The notes: a model not told the origin generated them from the letters alone. Shown: positions 1 through 9,921, counted from the first letter of the stretch. The stretch: 64,000 bases of DNA from Candidatus Zixiibacteriota bacterium (GCA_040752815.1 JBFMGC010000003.1:15706-79705); one strand, 5' to 3'. Numbers and translations are program-made.

Positions 1-1
1 C

Positions 2-856
2 CCGGCCGAGCAGGCCGAGATCAACACGCCAACCGGCTCTGTTCGCGAGGAACACCGCTATCTGATTCGCGACGGCAAGCATCTCTTTTGTGCCGAGTAT
101 GCCCCTGTCGGCGGGGCTAAGTGCGGGGTTGTGCTTTGCGCGCCGTTTGCGGAGGAGAAGATTCGGACGCTGAGGGTGTACGTTTCATTCGCCCGGGCGC
201 TCGCACGTCGCGGCGTGGCGGCGGTATGTTTCGATTACTACGGCGACGGTGACAGCGAGGGGAGTTTCGAGGACGCCTCATTTGATGATCGGCTTAGAGA
301 CATCAGCGCGGTTTTCAGCGATTTCCAGGGCCGCTATACTATGTCAAAAATCACGCTCTTTGGGCTCCGTTGGGGCGGCACGCTGGCAGCTCTGTCGGCG
401 GACGTGCTAAAGCCGGCCGGCTTGATTCTGTGGGAGCCGGTTGTCGATACCTCGAAATACTTCTTCGATCACCTCCGCTCGCAAATCGCGTCGCAGATGC
501 TCATCGACGGCAAGATCTCTCAGAAGCGGGAACAGCTTGTCGAGAGTCTCGAGGCGGGCGAGACGATCATGGTGGAGGGGTACAACCTGCGCGGCGAGTT
601 TTTTGTCAAGGCGCGCGATACCGGCCTGAAAGATCGACCGACGACGTATACGGGTCCAACCCTGGTTGTTCAATTGGCCGGAAGTCCGGCGCGGTTGAAC
701 CCGGAACTTGAGGCGCTCGCCGGTTCCTTCGCGCAAAGCAAACTGGCCGCCCTGAAACGCGAATTCGAGTGGGAGAAGACCGAGCTCTGGCAGCCGACCC
801 CTCCCGAACTGTTCGGCCTCACCCTTGATTTTATGAAAACTCATGGCCTTCTCTGA
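2..856 (+). CDS. alpha/beta-fold hydrolase-like protein, 5' end cut by window edge (resembles 'hydrolase 2, exosortase A system-associated')
   Basis: The frame of listed ORF 131..856 stays open back to nt 2 (PAEQAEINTPTGSVREEHRYLIRDGKHLFCAEYAPVGGAKCGVV-LCAPFAEEK), so the gene starts upstream of the window. The PFAEE...FDYYGDGDSEG pattern matches my recollection of TIGR03101-type proteins. The nucleophile elbow reads G-L-R-W-G (362..376), with no Ser. Confidence 0.7.
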   Translation, partial: PAEQAEINTPTGSVREEHRYLIRDGKHLFCAEYAPVGGAKCGVVLCAPFAEEKIRTLRVYVSFARALARRGVAAVCFDYYGDGDSEGSFEDASFDDRLRDISAVFSDFQGRYTMSKITLFGLRWGGTLAALSADVLKPAGLILWEPVVDTSKYFFDHLRSQIASQMLIDGKISQKREQLVESLEAGETIMVEGYNLRGEFFVKARDTGLKDRPTTYTGPTLVVQLAGSPARLNPELEALAGSFAQSKLAALKREFEWEKTELWQPTPPELFGLTLDFMKTHGLL

Positions 857-1802
857 AGAATCATTCAAGCTGACCACGCCGTCGGGCGAAGCGATGTACG
901 GCATTGCGCACCTTCCGGAGCGGCCGAACGGCGCTGCCGTGATCATGTTCAATATTGGTCTGCACTACCGGGTGTGCCATTCGCGCCTGTTTGTCCGCCA
1001 GGCGCGAGACCTGCAGCTGGCCGGGTTCAGCGTGATTAGATTCGATCCGTGCCGGGTCGGCTACAGCCACGGAGAAATCCGGGTCCAACGGGCCATCGAT
1101 TCCTATGATTCGGTCCAGACCGGCCTGTTCAAGGACGACGCCCGCCAGGTGATCGAATATGCCCGCGAGCGGTTCAAGCCGGGAAAACTGTTTCTCTATG
1201 GTCTCTGTGGTGGCGCGCTGACGGCGACTATCGCAGCGGCGCTCGACAAGCGGATCGACGGTGTCGCGTTTGTCGCCGGACCGGTGACGGTGACCTCTCC
1301 CGAGGTGGAGCTATCGACCCTGCATCCGTTTGACGCGTCGGTCGAGTTCCGGCGCTACCAGTCGCGGCTCCTGAACCCCTCAAACTGGCTGCGGGCGCTC
1401 ACGGGAAGAGTGTCTTATCGCGCGTTCTTTAATACCGTGGCGGTCGTTATTAAAGATCGGCTGCGTCGGCGACGGGAAACGCCTCCTGACCAATCGACCT
1501 CTGCGCCCGCCGAGGCGGAAGAGCAAAAGGGCGACCTGTACAACCGCACCTATCATGTCGCATTCGATACGTTGATGAAAACCGGAAAGCAGGTGCTATT
1601 CCTGATGCCGGAACTTGATCGGGCGACTTATGATTTCGATCGCTTCTTCAGCTCCCGCTACCTGCCCAATTATGAGGCGTACAAGCACCTTTACACGGTC
1701 GAGCGCGTGGACAAAGCCAACCACACCTTTTCGACCCCGGCCTCGTCCCGGCAACTATTTGATATCACCCGCGAATGGCTGACGGCGAGGGCGGCGTCAT
1801 AA
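843..1802 (+). CDS. alpha/beta-fold hydrolase (resembles 'hydrolase 1, exosortase A system-associated'), Cys in nucleophile elbow
   Basis: ATG 843 overlaps the upstream stop (854..856). It has an alpha/beta-hydrolase-like layout (IRFD...G.SHG, then elbow LYGLCGGALTA). The elbow is G-L-C-G-G with the Cys codon at 1206..1208, which recalls the GLCDAA elbow I remember for TIGR03100. Confidence 0.7.
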   Translation: MAFSEESFKLTTPSGEAMYGIAHLPERPNGAAVIMFNIGLHYRVCHSRLFVRQARDLQLAGFSVIRFDPCRVGYSHGEIRVQRAIDSYDSVQTGLFKDDARQVIEYARERFKPGKLFLYGLCGGALTATIAAALDKRIDGVAFVAGPVTVTSPEVELSTLHPFDASVEFRRYQSRLLNPSNWLRALTGRVSYRAFFNTVAVVIKDRLRRRRETPPDQSTSAPAEAEEQKGDLYNRTYHVAFDTLMKTGKQVLFLMPELDRATYDFDRFFSSRYLPNYEAYKHLYTVERVDKANHTFSTPASSRQLFDITREWLTARAAS

Positions 1803-2732
1803 ATGCCGAAACTGATAGTCGCCATAGTAAGCTGGAATACGCGCGATCTGACACGCAACTGCCTGAGCAGCCTCCAACGCGAGGTGGCCGGGCTTGAACA
1901 CGAGACCTGGGTGGTGGACAACCATTCGTCCGATGACTCCGTCCAGATGATCCGGGGCGAATTTCCGCCGGTCGTGCTGATCGAGAACACCAAGAATGTG
2001 GGGTTTGCGCGAGCCAACAATCAGATTCTTCGCGAAGCCCGCGGCGATTACTACCTGCTCTTGAATTCCGATACGATCGTGCCACCCGGGTCGATCCGGA
2101 CCCTTTGCCGCTTTATGGACGAGCATCCCGAGGCCGCGGCGGTGGGACCTCGACTGCATAATGGCCAGGGGAGTGTCGAACCCCCGCTTAAGCCGCTTCC
2201 GTCTTTGTCCGGCGAATGGCGCTACTGCCTGGCCTATCATTCCGGGCCGTTGGCGGCTATTTCTCGGCGGCTCATGCGCAACCGCCTGGTGGACTGGCAC
2301 TCGATCAAGGGACCAACCGAGTCCGAAGTACTGTCGGCCGCCTGTCTTCTTATCAGGCGCACAGTCATCGACCAGATCGGCCTTCTGGCTGAAGATTACT
2401 TTCTCTTCTCCGAGGAAAACGACTATTTCACCCGCATGAAAGCGGCCGGACTTCGCGGCTATTATCTTCCCGATGTCGAGATAGTACACCTGCTGGGCAT
2501 GAGCCGCAAGAAGCGGGCGTCGTATGATTCGGAGGTAAATTTCTTCCGCAGCCGCCTGCTCTATTTTCGCAAGTTCTATCCCGGCCGCGCCCGGATCGTC
2601 CGGTTAATCTACTATCTCTTTTTCGGTTGGTCTTCGGTCTGGAGCCGGCTTTCGGGATTGTTCAAGTCTGAACACGAGTCTGACCAGGTGGCGCTCTATA
2701 GCCGGCTTCTCGACGTGCTGAAAGCCGGGTGA
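1803..2732 (+). CDS. family 2 glycosyltransferase (GT-A fold)
   Basis: N-terminal IVAIVSWNTRDLTRNCLSSL...VVDNHSSDDS...LLLNSD signature is typical of GT2. It starts 1 nt after the upstream stop. Confidence 0.85.
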   Translation: MPKLIVAIVSWNTRDLTRNCLSSLQREVAGLEHETWVVDNHSSDDSVQMIRGEFPPVVLIENTKNVGFARANNQILREARGDYYLLLNSDTIVPPGSIRTLCRFMDEHPEAAAVGPRLHNGQGSVEPPLKPLPSLSGEWRYCLAYHSGPLAAISRRLMRNRLVDWHSIKGPTESEVLSAACLLIRRTVIDQIGLLAEDYFLFSEENDYFTRMKAAGLRGYYLPDVEIVHLLGMSRKKRASYDSEVNFFRSRLLYFRKFYPGRARIVRLIYYLFFGWSSVWSRLSGLFKSEHESDQVALYSRLLDVLKAG

Positions 2733-2737
2733 TACCC

Positions 2738-4096
2738 ATGAAACGCGTTCTCTTTGTCACCTATGCATTTCCTCCGATGGCGGCGGTCGGCGGCAGGCGG
2801 ATAGTCGATTTCTGCAAGTATCTGCCGGAATACGGATGGGAACCGGTGGTACTGACGGTAAAAGGCGGCAGCAATACGGCCTGGGACGATACCCAGCTCG
2901 ACAAAGTGGCCCACGTGAAAGTGTACCGGTCGCCGATATACCTGCCAATGTTGCCCAAGAACGGACGCCGCCCCGGCCCGAAGCGGCAATACACTGGGGC
3001 TCAAGCGGAGATCCCATCGGCGGCCGTCCCGACTCAGGCGTCCGCCATACGGAGCATGAGACGAGCGGTGGGATCCCTGCTTCGGATCCCCGATGAAATC
3101 AACTTCTGGATTCCGCTAGGTCTGGCTGCCGGAATCCGGGCGGTACGAAAAGAGAAAGTCGCCGCGGTCGTTTCCTCCTCGCCGCCGGTGTCGGGACATG
3201 TACTGGCGTCGCTTCTCGCGCGTGTGAGGGGATGTCCGCATGTGGTCGACTTCCGTGATCTTTGGACACTTAACCATACTTACGCTTACCGGCAGCACAC
3301 GCCGACATCCAAACGGGTCGATGCCGCGCTGGAGCGCTGGGTGCTTCGCAAAGCGGCGCGGATTGTGACCGCGTCTCCGGGTTTCGAGGATCAGTTGCGC
3401 CTCCATCTGAGCGGCTCCCTGGCCGACAGACTGGTGACAATTACCAACGGCTTCGACTACGATGAAATCGATTTGAACAGGGAATTCGTCCCTCGAGACA
3501 GCTCCCGGATGCGTATCGTTTACACGGGCAGTCTGTACTCCGATTTCAACCCGGTTTTCTTCCTGGAGTGTCTGGCCGAGTGGATGAAACGATCGGCAAT
3601 CGATCCGGGTACGATACAGGTGGATTTCTACGGCAATTGCGAATACGATTACAGCGATTTCCTGGCCGGGCTGGGGCTCGCCAGGACAGTCACATTTCAC
3701 GGCTTTGTTTCGCATACAGCGCTGCCGGCGATTGTCGAGCAGGCCGATTACCAGCTGCTGCTTTTGAGTTTCAAACCGCAACACGCGCCGGTGATTCCGG
3801 CTAAGTTGTTTGAGTATCTGGCCGCGCCGGCCCGTATCCTGGCGCTCACGCCTCGGGGAACGACTGCCGACCTGATTGCCCGGTACGAGGCGGGCGAGGT
3901 CCTGTCCGAACCGGACCGGGAGAAGATGTCGGGGATTTTCGATCGGATGTACCGGGACTGGCGTGAAAGCGCTCGCCGGCCGAAGAAATATCGTTATATT
4001 AGAGAGATAGATCGGAAGTTCCTGGCCGAGCGTTTCGCCGGCGAACTAGATCGGGTGACGGCTTCGCGACTCGGACCGGGAGTAGCTGCCGAATAG
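2738..4096 (+). CDS. GT-B glycosyltransferase (GT4-like)
   Basis: MKRVLFVTYAFPPMAAVGGRR N-terminus is typical of GT4/WbuB-like enzymes, and the C-terminal half has P.KLFEYLA...G. ATG 2738 is preferred over listed GTG 2729, which overlaps the upstream stop. Confidence 0.75.
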   Translation: MKRVLFVTYAFPPMAAVGGRRIVDFCKYLPEYGWEPVVLTVKGGSNTAWDDTQLDKVAHVKVYRSPIYLPMLPKNGRRPGPKRQYTGAQAEIPSAAVPTQASAIRSMRRAVGSLLRIPDEINFWIPLGLAAGIRAVRKEKVAAVVSSSPPVSGHVLASLLARVRGCPHVVDFRDLWTLNHTYAYRQHTPTSKRVDAALERWVLRKAARIVTASPGFEDQLRLHLSGSLADRLVTITNGFDYDEIDLNREFVPRDSSRMRIVYTGSLYSDFNPVFFLECLAEWMKRSAIDPGTIQVDFYGNCEYDYSDFLAGLGLARTVTFHGFVSHTALPAIVEQADYQLLLLSFKPQHAPVIPAKLFEYLAAPARILALTPRGTTADLIARYEAGEVLSEPDREKMSGIFDRMYRDWRESARRPKKYRYIREIDRKFLAERFAGELDRVTASRLGPGVAAE

Positions 4097-4108
4097 AATC
4101 TGAAGCTG

Positions 4109-5572
4109 GTGATTGAGAACCTGCTCATGGGTGCTTTCAATCCACAAACGGCCCCTCGCCAGATTATCACCACCAAGACACTGGCCTATGCCGCGCTGGT
4201 GGCGATATCGGCGGTTGCGGCGGTGGCATCGCTGGTGGTTCCGCCCGTTTTTCTGATCGTGGGCATTGTCGGGCTGGCCGGGGCGGTTCTGATTTATCGC
4301 CACGTGTACTCCGGGCTAATTCTCTACCTCCTCCTCTTTCTGCTCCGACCGGCTGAAACCTACCCGGCGCTCGCGCCCCTCAGACTGGAGTTCCTGTTCG
4401 GCGGTTTCCTGATCATAATCGTTCTGCTCAAGAACAAGTGGACTTACGGCAAAATCCGCTTTCCGATTAACCGGATCAACTTCGATCTGCTGTTCCTGCT
4501 GGGCGCGATAGGTCTCTCCGTGTTTGGCACCGCCTGCACCGACTGCACAGTCGACGCCTTCATGAACATGGCCAAATTAGCGGTATTCTACGTTCTGATC
4601 GTACTTATCATCGACAGCCAGCGGCGGCTCGAGATTTTCATGTGGGTGTTTGTCGTTTGCAACATTTACATGTCCATAGGAATTATACAGAACTTCTTCT
4701 CCGGTGCATACGTGGCTAAAGAGGGCCTGGTGCGCGCTACCGGCGGCAACTCCACGATGGACAACATGAACGGCATTGCCATCACCATGAATACCATCAT
4801 CCCCTTCGCGTTCTACCTGATGGTGTCATACCGCAACATCTGGAAAAAACTGGCCATGGCGATGATGCTTGCTCCGGCGGTGCTGACCCTGATTCTCACT
4901 GGTTCACGTGGCGGCCTCTTGGGCTTCTTGATGATCGTGATCACGATATGGTGGCGGTCGCAGCGCAAACTGCTGCTGACCGTTTCGTTCCTGTTGTTTG
5001 CTACTGCCGCCTGGTTCAGCATGGAGGACAGCCGCCGCGAGCGCTACCTGACCATTTTCGACTCCGCCGAAGAGCGAGATCAGTCGGCCCAGGGGAGAAT
5101 CGACGCCTGGGTGGACGGGATGTACCTTTTCGCAGCCAAACCTGTAACCGGCGTAGGCGCCGGGGCGTTCGCCTGGGCGCGGGTGAAGGAATTCGGCGTC
5201 TACCTGATGCCGCACAACATGTATGTCCAGATTCTGGCTGAACTGGGATTGATCGGCGCCTTCTGCTACGGGCTCTTCCTGACCGATGTCTTTCGACACA
5301 ACCGTATTGTGTCTGCCAATGTCAGCTCACGCGGTTTCCCCGACGGCCTCCTGGAGCCGCTCGCGCTGGCCATTTCCACGTCCTGTTATTCGATGCTGAT
5401 CACGGGTGTCTTTGCCCACTCGGCGTACCGGTGGGCCTGGTTCTTCTTTGCTGCCCTGGCAGTGGTTGTGTTCCGCCTGCACACCGAGCTGCAAACAGCG
5501 GCCGAGGCGGCCGCTCCGGCGGAAGAGGCTCACCCGGGGGATATCGCCCTGGCCCGAGGAGGCCATCGGTGA
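4109..5572 (+). CDS. O-antigen ligase / Wzy-type polymerase family membrane protein
   Basis: The protein is multi-spanning and hydrophobic. It has the LTGSRGG loop and PHNMYVQILAELGLIG motif typical of the Wzy_C/O-antigen ligase family. The start is uncertain (GTG 4109 or ATG 4127). Confidence 0.75.
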   Translation: MIENLLMGAFNPQTAPRQIITTKTLAYAALVAISAVAAVASLVVPPVFLIVGIVGLAGAVLIYRHVYSGLILYLLLFLLRPAETYPALAPLRLEFLFGGFLIIIVLLKNKWTYGKIRFPINRINFDLLFLLGAIGLSVFGTACTDCTVDAFMNMAKLAVFYVLIVLIIDSQRRLEIFMWVFVVCNIYMSIGIIQNFFSGAYVAKEGLVRATGGNSTMDNMNGIAITMNTIIPFAFYLMVSYRNIWKKLAMAMMLAPAVLTLILTGSRGGLLGFLMIVITIWWRSQRKLLLTVSFLLFATAAWFSMEDSRRERYLTIFDSAEERDQSAQGRIDAWVDGMYLFAAKPVTGVGAGAFAWARVKEFGVYLMPHNMYVQILAELGLIGAFCYGLFLTDVFRHNRIVSANVSSRGFPDGLLEPLALAISTSCYSMLITGVFAHSAYRWAWFFFAALAVVVFRLHTELQTAAEAAAPAEEAHPGDIALARGGHR

Positions 5573-6975
5573 GCCTGTACTCCACTCTCATAGAGCGCAC
5601 CATCTGGCCGTTGGTGCTTCGCCGAGAGAACCGACACTCCGCCCTGACACACTGGCGTTTTCTGGAGAAGAGTCAGTATTGGCCGCGGGAGCGCCTGCTA
5701 GAGTACCAGACCGATAAACTGCGGCAGCTCCTGGCCCACGCTTACAAACACTGTCCCTATTACACCAGGATAATGGATGAACGCGGCCTGACACCGGAGT
5801 CGTTCAAAAGCCTGGACGACCTGGCCCTGCTGCCCGTGCTCACCAAGGATCTGGTGTATGACAATAATGAGGGGATTGTCTCGACATCTTACCATCGAGC
5901 CGACCTGCGAAACTACGCCACTGGCGGCACAACCGGGCAGCAGATGCACCTGTTTATCGATAATGAGAGCTACAACATAAAACTGGCGTCCGAATGGCGG
6001 TGCGGGCAATGGATGGGTATGTCCCCCTGCGACAAACTTGCAATACTCTGGCCGGCCGCGATGGACTTCGACGAATCTCCCAAGCTTAGAACCAGGATCA
6101 AAGACCGATACATAGGCCGCAAGCTGGTCATCCATATTGGGGCGGCGTCGCAGTCGCAGATGCACGAATTCTACAAGGAAATAAACGGGTTTCGTCCCCG
6201 GTTTCTAAAGACGTTCCCCGCCCCAATGGTCGAATGGCTGGATTATTTGAAAGAGAAGGAGCTTCCCATTCCCAGGGTCAAAGCCATTATGAGCACCGGC
6301 GAACCGCTATACGACGAGATGCGAGCCTACATGGAACAGACCTTCGGATGTCCGGTCTACGACATGTACGGCTCACGGGAACTCGGCCATACCGCGTCCC
6401 AGTGCAGCGAACGCGACGGCTTGCATATTGCCATGGAAACCTCAATTGTCGAATTCCTGGAAAACGGTCGCCCGGTTCGGCCCGGCGAACAAGGCGAGAT
6501 ATTCATTACCGATCTTACCAACTACGCTTTCCCCATGATTCGGTACGCCATAAACGACTACGGCCGCGCCATCGAGGAACCGTGTGTCTGCGGCCGGGGC
6601 CTGGCGCGTATGTCCACCGGGGTGGGACGGGTACAAGACTTCTTCCTGGATGCGTCGGGGCGTCGCCATGCCGCCATCGTGCTGGCTGTTCACACCACCT
6701 CCGATTTAGGCCACCGCATCGGACAAATGCAGATCATCCAGCGGAGCCTGCTCGATTTTCTCGTGAGAATCGCCCGCAAGCCGGAACCGACTCAGGAGAC
6801 CTTCCGGTTTATCACCGAACGGATGAAGAAGATGATAGGGGAGTCCATCAACGTCCAGTTTGAGGTAGTCGACAGGATTCCCCAGGAGCGCTCCGGCAAG
6901 ACCCGCTTCTTTATCTGCCAGGTGCGGCCGAGCAGTCCGTCCGCACAACCGCGCCGGGAGGCGGTGGACGGGTAG
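5569..6975 (+). CDS. PaaK/CapK-like adenylate-forming enzyme (phenylacetate-CoA ligase / F390 synthetase family)
   Basis: YWPRERLLEYQTDKLRQLLAHAYKHCPYYTRIMDERGLTPESFKSLDDLALLPVLTKD plus YATGGTTGQQ are characteristic of COG1541. GTG 5569 overlaps the upstream TGA (GTGA). The listed 5431 start would run 140 nt inside the upstream membrane protein. Confidence 0.75.
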   Translation: MSLYSTLIERTIWPLVLRRENRHSALTHWRFLEKSQYWPRERLLEYQTDKLRQLLAHAYKHCPYYTRIMDERGLTPESFKSLDDLALLPVLTKDLVYDNNEGIVSTSYHRADLRNYATGGTTGQQMHLFIDNESYNIKLASEWRCGQWMGMSPCDKLAILWPAAMDFDESPKLRTRIKDRYIGRKLVIHIGAASQSQMHEFYKEINGFRPRFLKTFPAPMVEWLDYLKEKELPIPRVKAIMSTGEPLYDEMRAYMEQTFGCPVYDMYGSRELGHTASQCSERDGLHIAMETSIVEFLENGRPVRPGEQGEIFITDLTNYAFPMIRYAINDYGRAIEEPCVCGRGLARMSTGVGRVQDFFLDASGRRHAAIVLAVHTTSDLGHRIGQMQIIQRSLLDFLVRIARKPEPTQETFRFITERMKKMIGESINVQFEVVDRIPQERSGKTRFFICQVRPSSPSAQPRREAVDG

Positions 6976-7123
6976 ATCTGGTGGCGGAAACGACGGTGCT
7001 TGGGCGGGCAATTTTGTTGGAACCAACGGGCATCATGGTTATTGTAAACTGTAGAAGTTACCGGATAGGTTAAACCGTAAACTGGGACCGGGCCCTGTTG
7101 GCCGGCCAGACCAGACTTACAAC

Positions 7124-8479
7124 GTGACATACGACACACGCATGGGACCAGCCTCCTGCAGCAGCCGCAAGGCGTTAACTTCTTCGGTGGCCGTACTGCT
7201 TTTGCTTGCGGCAGTCCTGATACTTGGAACTTTCCCGTCGCTACGAGCCGAGTCTGTAACCACACCGGTCTTGATTGGGTCGTCGGCCAACGACGGTCCT
7301 ACGCTGGGCATCCCCCGCTGGAAGGCGTATGTATCCGAATTGAATCCTCAGCAGATCTGGGCCGCCTTCGCCAGCAGCGGGAGCAGCTCAGGCAGCCTGG
7401 TATATTCCACCAACGGCGGTCAAACCTGGAGCAGCAACACCATCCAGATCGACAACAGCGGCTGGCTGGATATGCATCTCTCGGCCTTCGGCCGAGCGGG
7501 AGCGCTATATTTCACGTTCCCCGGATCGCTCGGCCAGGGAACCTGTTTCCGCAAGTTTAATCCCCCTGCTCAGTCGGACGATGACCGAGAACCGTTGGTC
7601 ACGCTGCCGGGCACCAGCTCTGGCAACCGCTCCAACGTGATGGTTCAAAATAGCGGCCGCATATGGATTTTCACGAGACTTGGCGACGCCCCGTCGGAAA
7701 ACGTGCGCTATCATTACTCCGACAACGGAGTCAACTGGACCTCCGGTGTGGCTTATGCGACCGGCGCTCCGGACGTGCGTATCGGCTCAATGCCGTATGT
7801 TGGCGGCAACCCGGCGCTGGTCGTGCTCCATCTCAACGACAACCGGGGATACGAATACTACCTATGGAACGGCACAGCGTTTGAGGCTAAAGCGGATCGC
7901 TCTATATTCGCCCAGAACATGGGCGGCGTTCGCGCTTTCACGCACAACGTGGTCAAAGACACGACCATGCACCTTGTGTTCGGTCTCGGCACCACCATGC
8001 ATCACTTATGGAAAAACTACAGCAACGGAACGGGGAGCTGGAACTATCGGACGCTCGAGAGCTCTCCGTACACGGAAGATGTCGAGTGGTTTCCGATCTC
8101 GACTGTGCGCGGCGATGATCTCTATCTGTTCTACTGCAAGAAGTCAACGGCCAGCAGCGCGTCGTCGATGATCTATTATATGAAGTGGTCACAGACGAAC
8201 AGGACCTGGTCCAGCCCGACACTTGTCTCAACGTTGGCAGCTAACGCCTCTAGTCTGGACCCCAACACCTGTTTTAGTGAGCCGACGAGCGCTGATTATA
8301 TCCCGGTCTACTGGCGGAGCGGCTCCAATCCATACGATCTCTATTTCGCCAAAGTCCTTGTGGACGGGGTGCCACAGCCGGATATCATCCCGCCCGGGCC
8401 GGTGTTTGATCTCGAGGGCATCCAGGGTTCGACCCCGACCGGGGCTGTGCCCGACCACGCTTATGCCGAGCAGAGATGA
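7124..8479 (+). CDS. secreted BNR/Asp-box beta-propeller protein (sialidase-fold glycosidase-like), short paralog
   Basis: It has an N-terminal hydrophobic signal (SSVAVLLLLAAVLILG) and Asp-box motifs STNGGQTWSS and SDNGVNWTS. It is clearly paralogous to 23272..25176, sharing long collinear blocks such as GSMPYVGGNPALVVLHLND.RGYEYYLWNG. It ends just after IPPGPVFDLEG, where the paralog continues. Confidence 0.7.
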   Translation: MTYDTRMGPASCSSRKALTSSVAVLLLLAAVLILGTFPSLRAESVTTPVLIGSSANDGPTLGIPRWKAYVSELNPQQIWAAFASSGSSSGSLVYSTNGGQTWSSNTIQIDNSGWLDMHLSAFGRAGALYFTFPGSLGQGTCFRKFNPPAQSDDDREPLVTLPGTSSGNRSNVMVQNSGRIWIFTRLGDAPSENVRYHYSDNGVNWTSGVAYATGAPDVRIGSMPYVGGNPALVVLHLNDNRGYEYYLWNGTAFEAKADRSIFAQNMGGVRAFTHNVVKDTTMHLVFGLGTTMHHLWKNYSNGTGSWNYRTLESSPYTEDVEWFPISTVRGDDLYLFYCKKSTASSASSMIYYMKWSQTNRTWSSPTLVSTLAANASSLDPNTCFSEPTSADYIPVYWRSGSNPYDLYFAKVLVDGVPQPDIIPPGPVFDLEGIQGSTPTGAVPDHAYAEQR

Positions 8480-8549
8480 GCCTCAGTGAACTCCACCTCG
8501 TTATCGTCGCGGAGAGATAGCCGTCCACCTTGCCGGTACTGACAGCCGC

Positions 8550-9752
8550 ATGAAGATTCTGATTATCGACGAGGAGTTTCCCTGGCCTCTGGATTCCGGC
8601 AAGCGGATTCGCACTTTCAATCTGGTAAGCCGACTTGCCTCACACCATGAGATCCGCTTTGTGGCCTACGGTGATGAGAGCAGCGGGGGATTCAACCATC
8701 TGGTGAGTTGCGGCATCACTCCGATCGCGGTCCCGGCGCGGGTTCCGCGCAAATCCGGGCCGATGTTCTATCTGCGGCTGCTCAAAAACGTTTTCTCGCC
8801 CTGGCCGTATATCGTTTCCAGTCATTATTCGCGCCTTTTTGCCCGCACGCTCGAGGCCGAAATGGTACGGCAGCGCCCCGATATCGTAACCTGCGAATGG
8901 AGTCCGTACGCCCGCTACTTTCGGGAATTGCCCGCAGTCAAAAGACTGGTAGTGACTCAGAACATCGAGCACCTCATCTGGCAGAGGTACTTTGCCAACG
9001 AGTCCAATCCGGTCAAAAGGTGGTATATCGGTCATCAGATGAGAAAGGTGGAGCGCTTCGAGCGAGAGGTGTTCGCCTGGGCCGATGGCGCCGTGGCGGT
9101 GTCGGAGGCTGAAGCTGAAACAATCCGGCAGTTCGCTCCCGGTTTGCCGGTGACCGTGGTCGAAAACGGGGTGAACCTGGACTATTTCGCTCCCCAACCC
9201 TTACCGGACGACTCATCCCGCCTGGTCTTTGTCGGCTCGATGGACTGGCGTCCCAACCAGGACGCGGTGCGCTATTTCATAAACGACATCCTGCCCGCCG
9301 TCGAGCGCATCGGCACGCGCTGTGAAATTGATCTGATCGGGCGCCATCCGCCTCGCGATCTCATGGCGCTGAAAAACCGTCCCGGTGTGAACCTGATCGG
9401 CCACGTTGACGACGTTCGTCCTTTTGTGGCCAACGCGGCGGTTTTTGTGGTGCCTCTCAGGATAGGCGGCGGCACCCGCATCAAGATTCTCGAGGCTCTC
9501 GCCATGAAGAAAGCGGTAGTGTCAACCTCGGTCGGCGCCGAGGGCCTCAAGGTCACCGATGGAGAGAATATCCTGCTGGCCGATACCCCGGTGTTATTCG
9601 CCGAGAAGATCAAACGGCTGCTGGACGATCGCGCGCTCAACCGTCGGCTGGGCGAAAATGGCCGCCGACTGGTCGAGGAACACTACGGCTGGGATCGACT
9701 CGCCGCCAAACTGAATGATGCGATAACGGACATTTGCAGGGCGAGAGGCTAA
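8550..9752 (+). CDS. GT4 glycosyltransferase (PEP-CTERM/EpsH1-associated sugar transferase-like)
   Basis: MKILIIDEEFPWPLDSGKRIRTFNLVSRL N-terminus recalls TIGR03087/03088 members. The C-terminal STSVGAEGLKVTDGENILLAD is an E-x7-E type GT4 motif. Confidence 0.8.
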   Translation: MKILIIDEEFPWPLDSGKRIRTFNLVSRLASHHEIRFVAYGDESSGGFNHLVSCGITPIAVPARVPRKSGPMFYLRLLKNVFSPWPYIVSSHYSRLFARTLEAEMVRQRPDIVTCEWSPYARYFRELPAVKRLVVTQNIEHLIWQRYFANESNPVKRWYIGHQMRKVERFEREVFAWADGAVAVSEAEAETIRQFAPGLPVTVVENGVNLDYFAPQPLPDDSSRLVFVGSMDWRPNQDAVRYFINDILPAVERIGTRCEIDLIGRHPPRDLMALKNRPGVNLIGHVDDVRPFVANAAVFVVPLRIGGGTRIKILEALAMKKAVVSTSVGAEGLKVTDGENILLADTPVLFAEKIKRLLDDRALNRRLGENGRRLVEEHYGWDRLAAKLNDAITDICRARG

Positions 9753-9921
9753 CCTGTCCGGAGCTCCAAGGCCTGGGGCGGAGCACCGCAGGTCCGAGCA
9801 GTCAAACCTTGCGGCTGGATTCGGTGTTTGACTACTATTGACAACCGAAACAGCGGGGTAGAATAGCGATTCGACGTGGATTCGCCGCCGCTGAAGTATG
9901 GCCCCAAACTAGATTAGCCGA

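Noticed and set aside
5431-5568. N-terminal extension of the CapK-like ORF (listed start 5431)
   Set aside because: It would overlap the 3' end of the Wzy-like gene by 140 nt and encodes an Arg/Gly/Pro-rich stretch. GTG 5569 in a GTGA overlap gives a normal family N-terminus.
9838-9864. TTGACA ... TAGAAT sigma-70-like boxes upstream of the GT4 gene at 9922
   Set aside because: The spacer is only 15 nt (17 with the poorer -10 GAATAG), so this is too weak to call.
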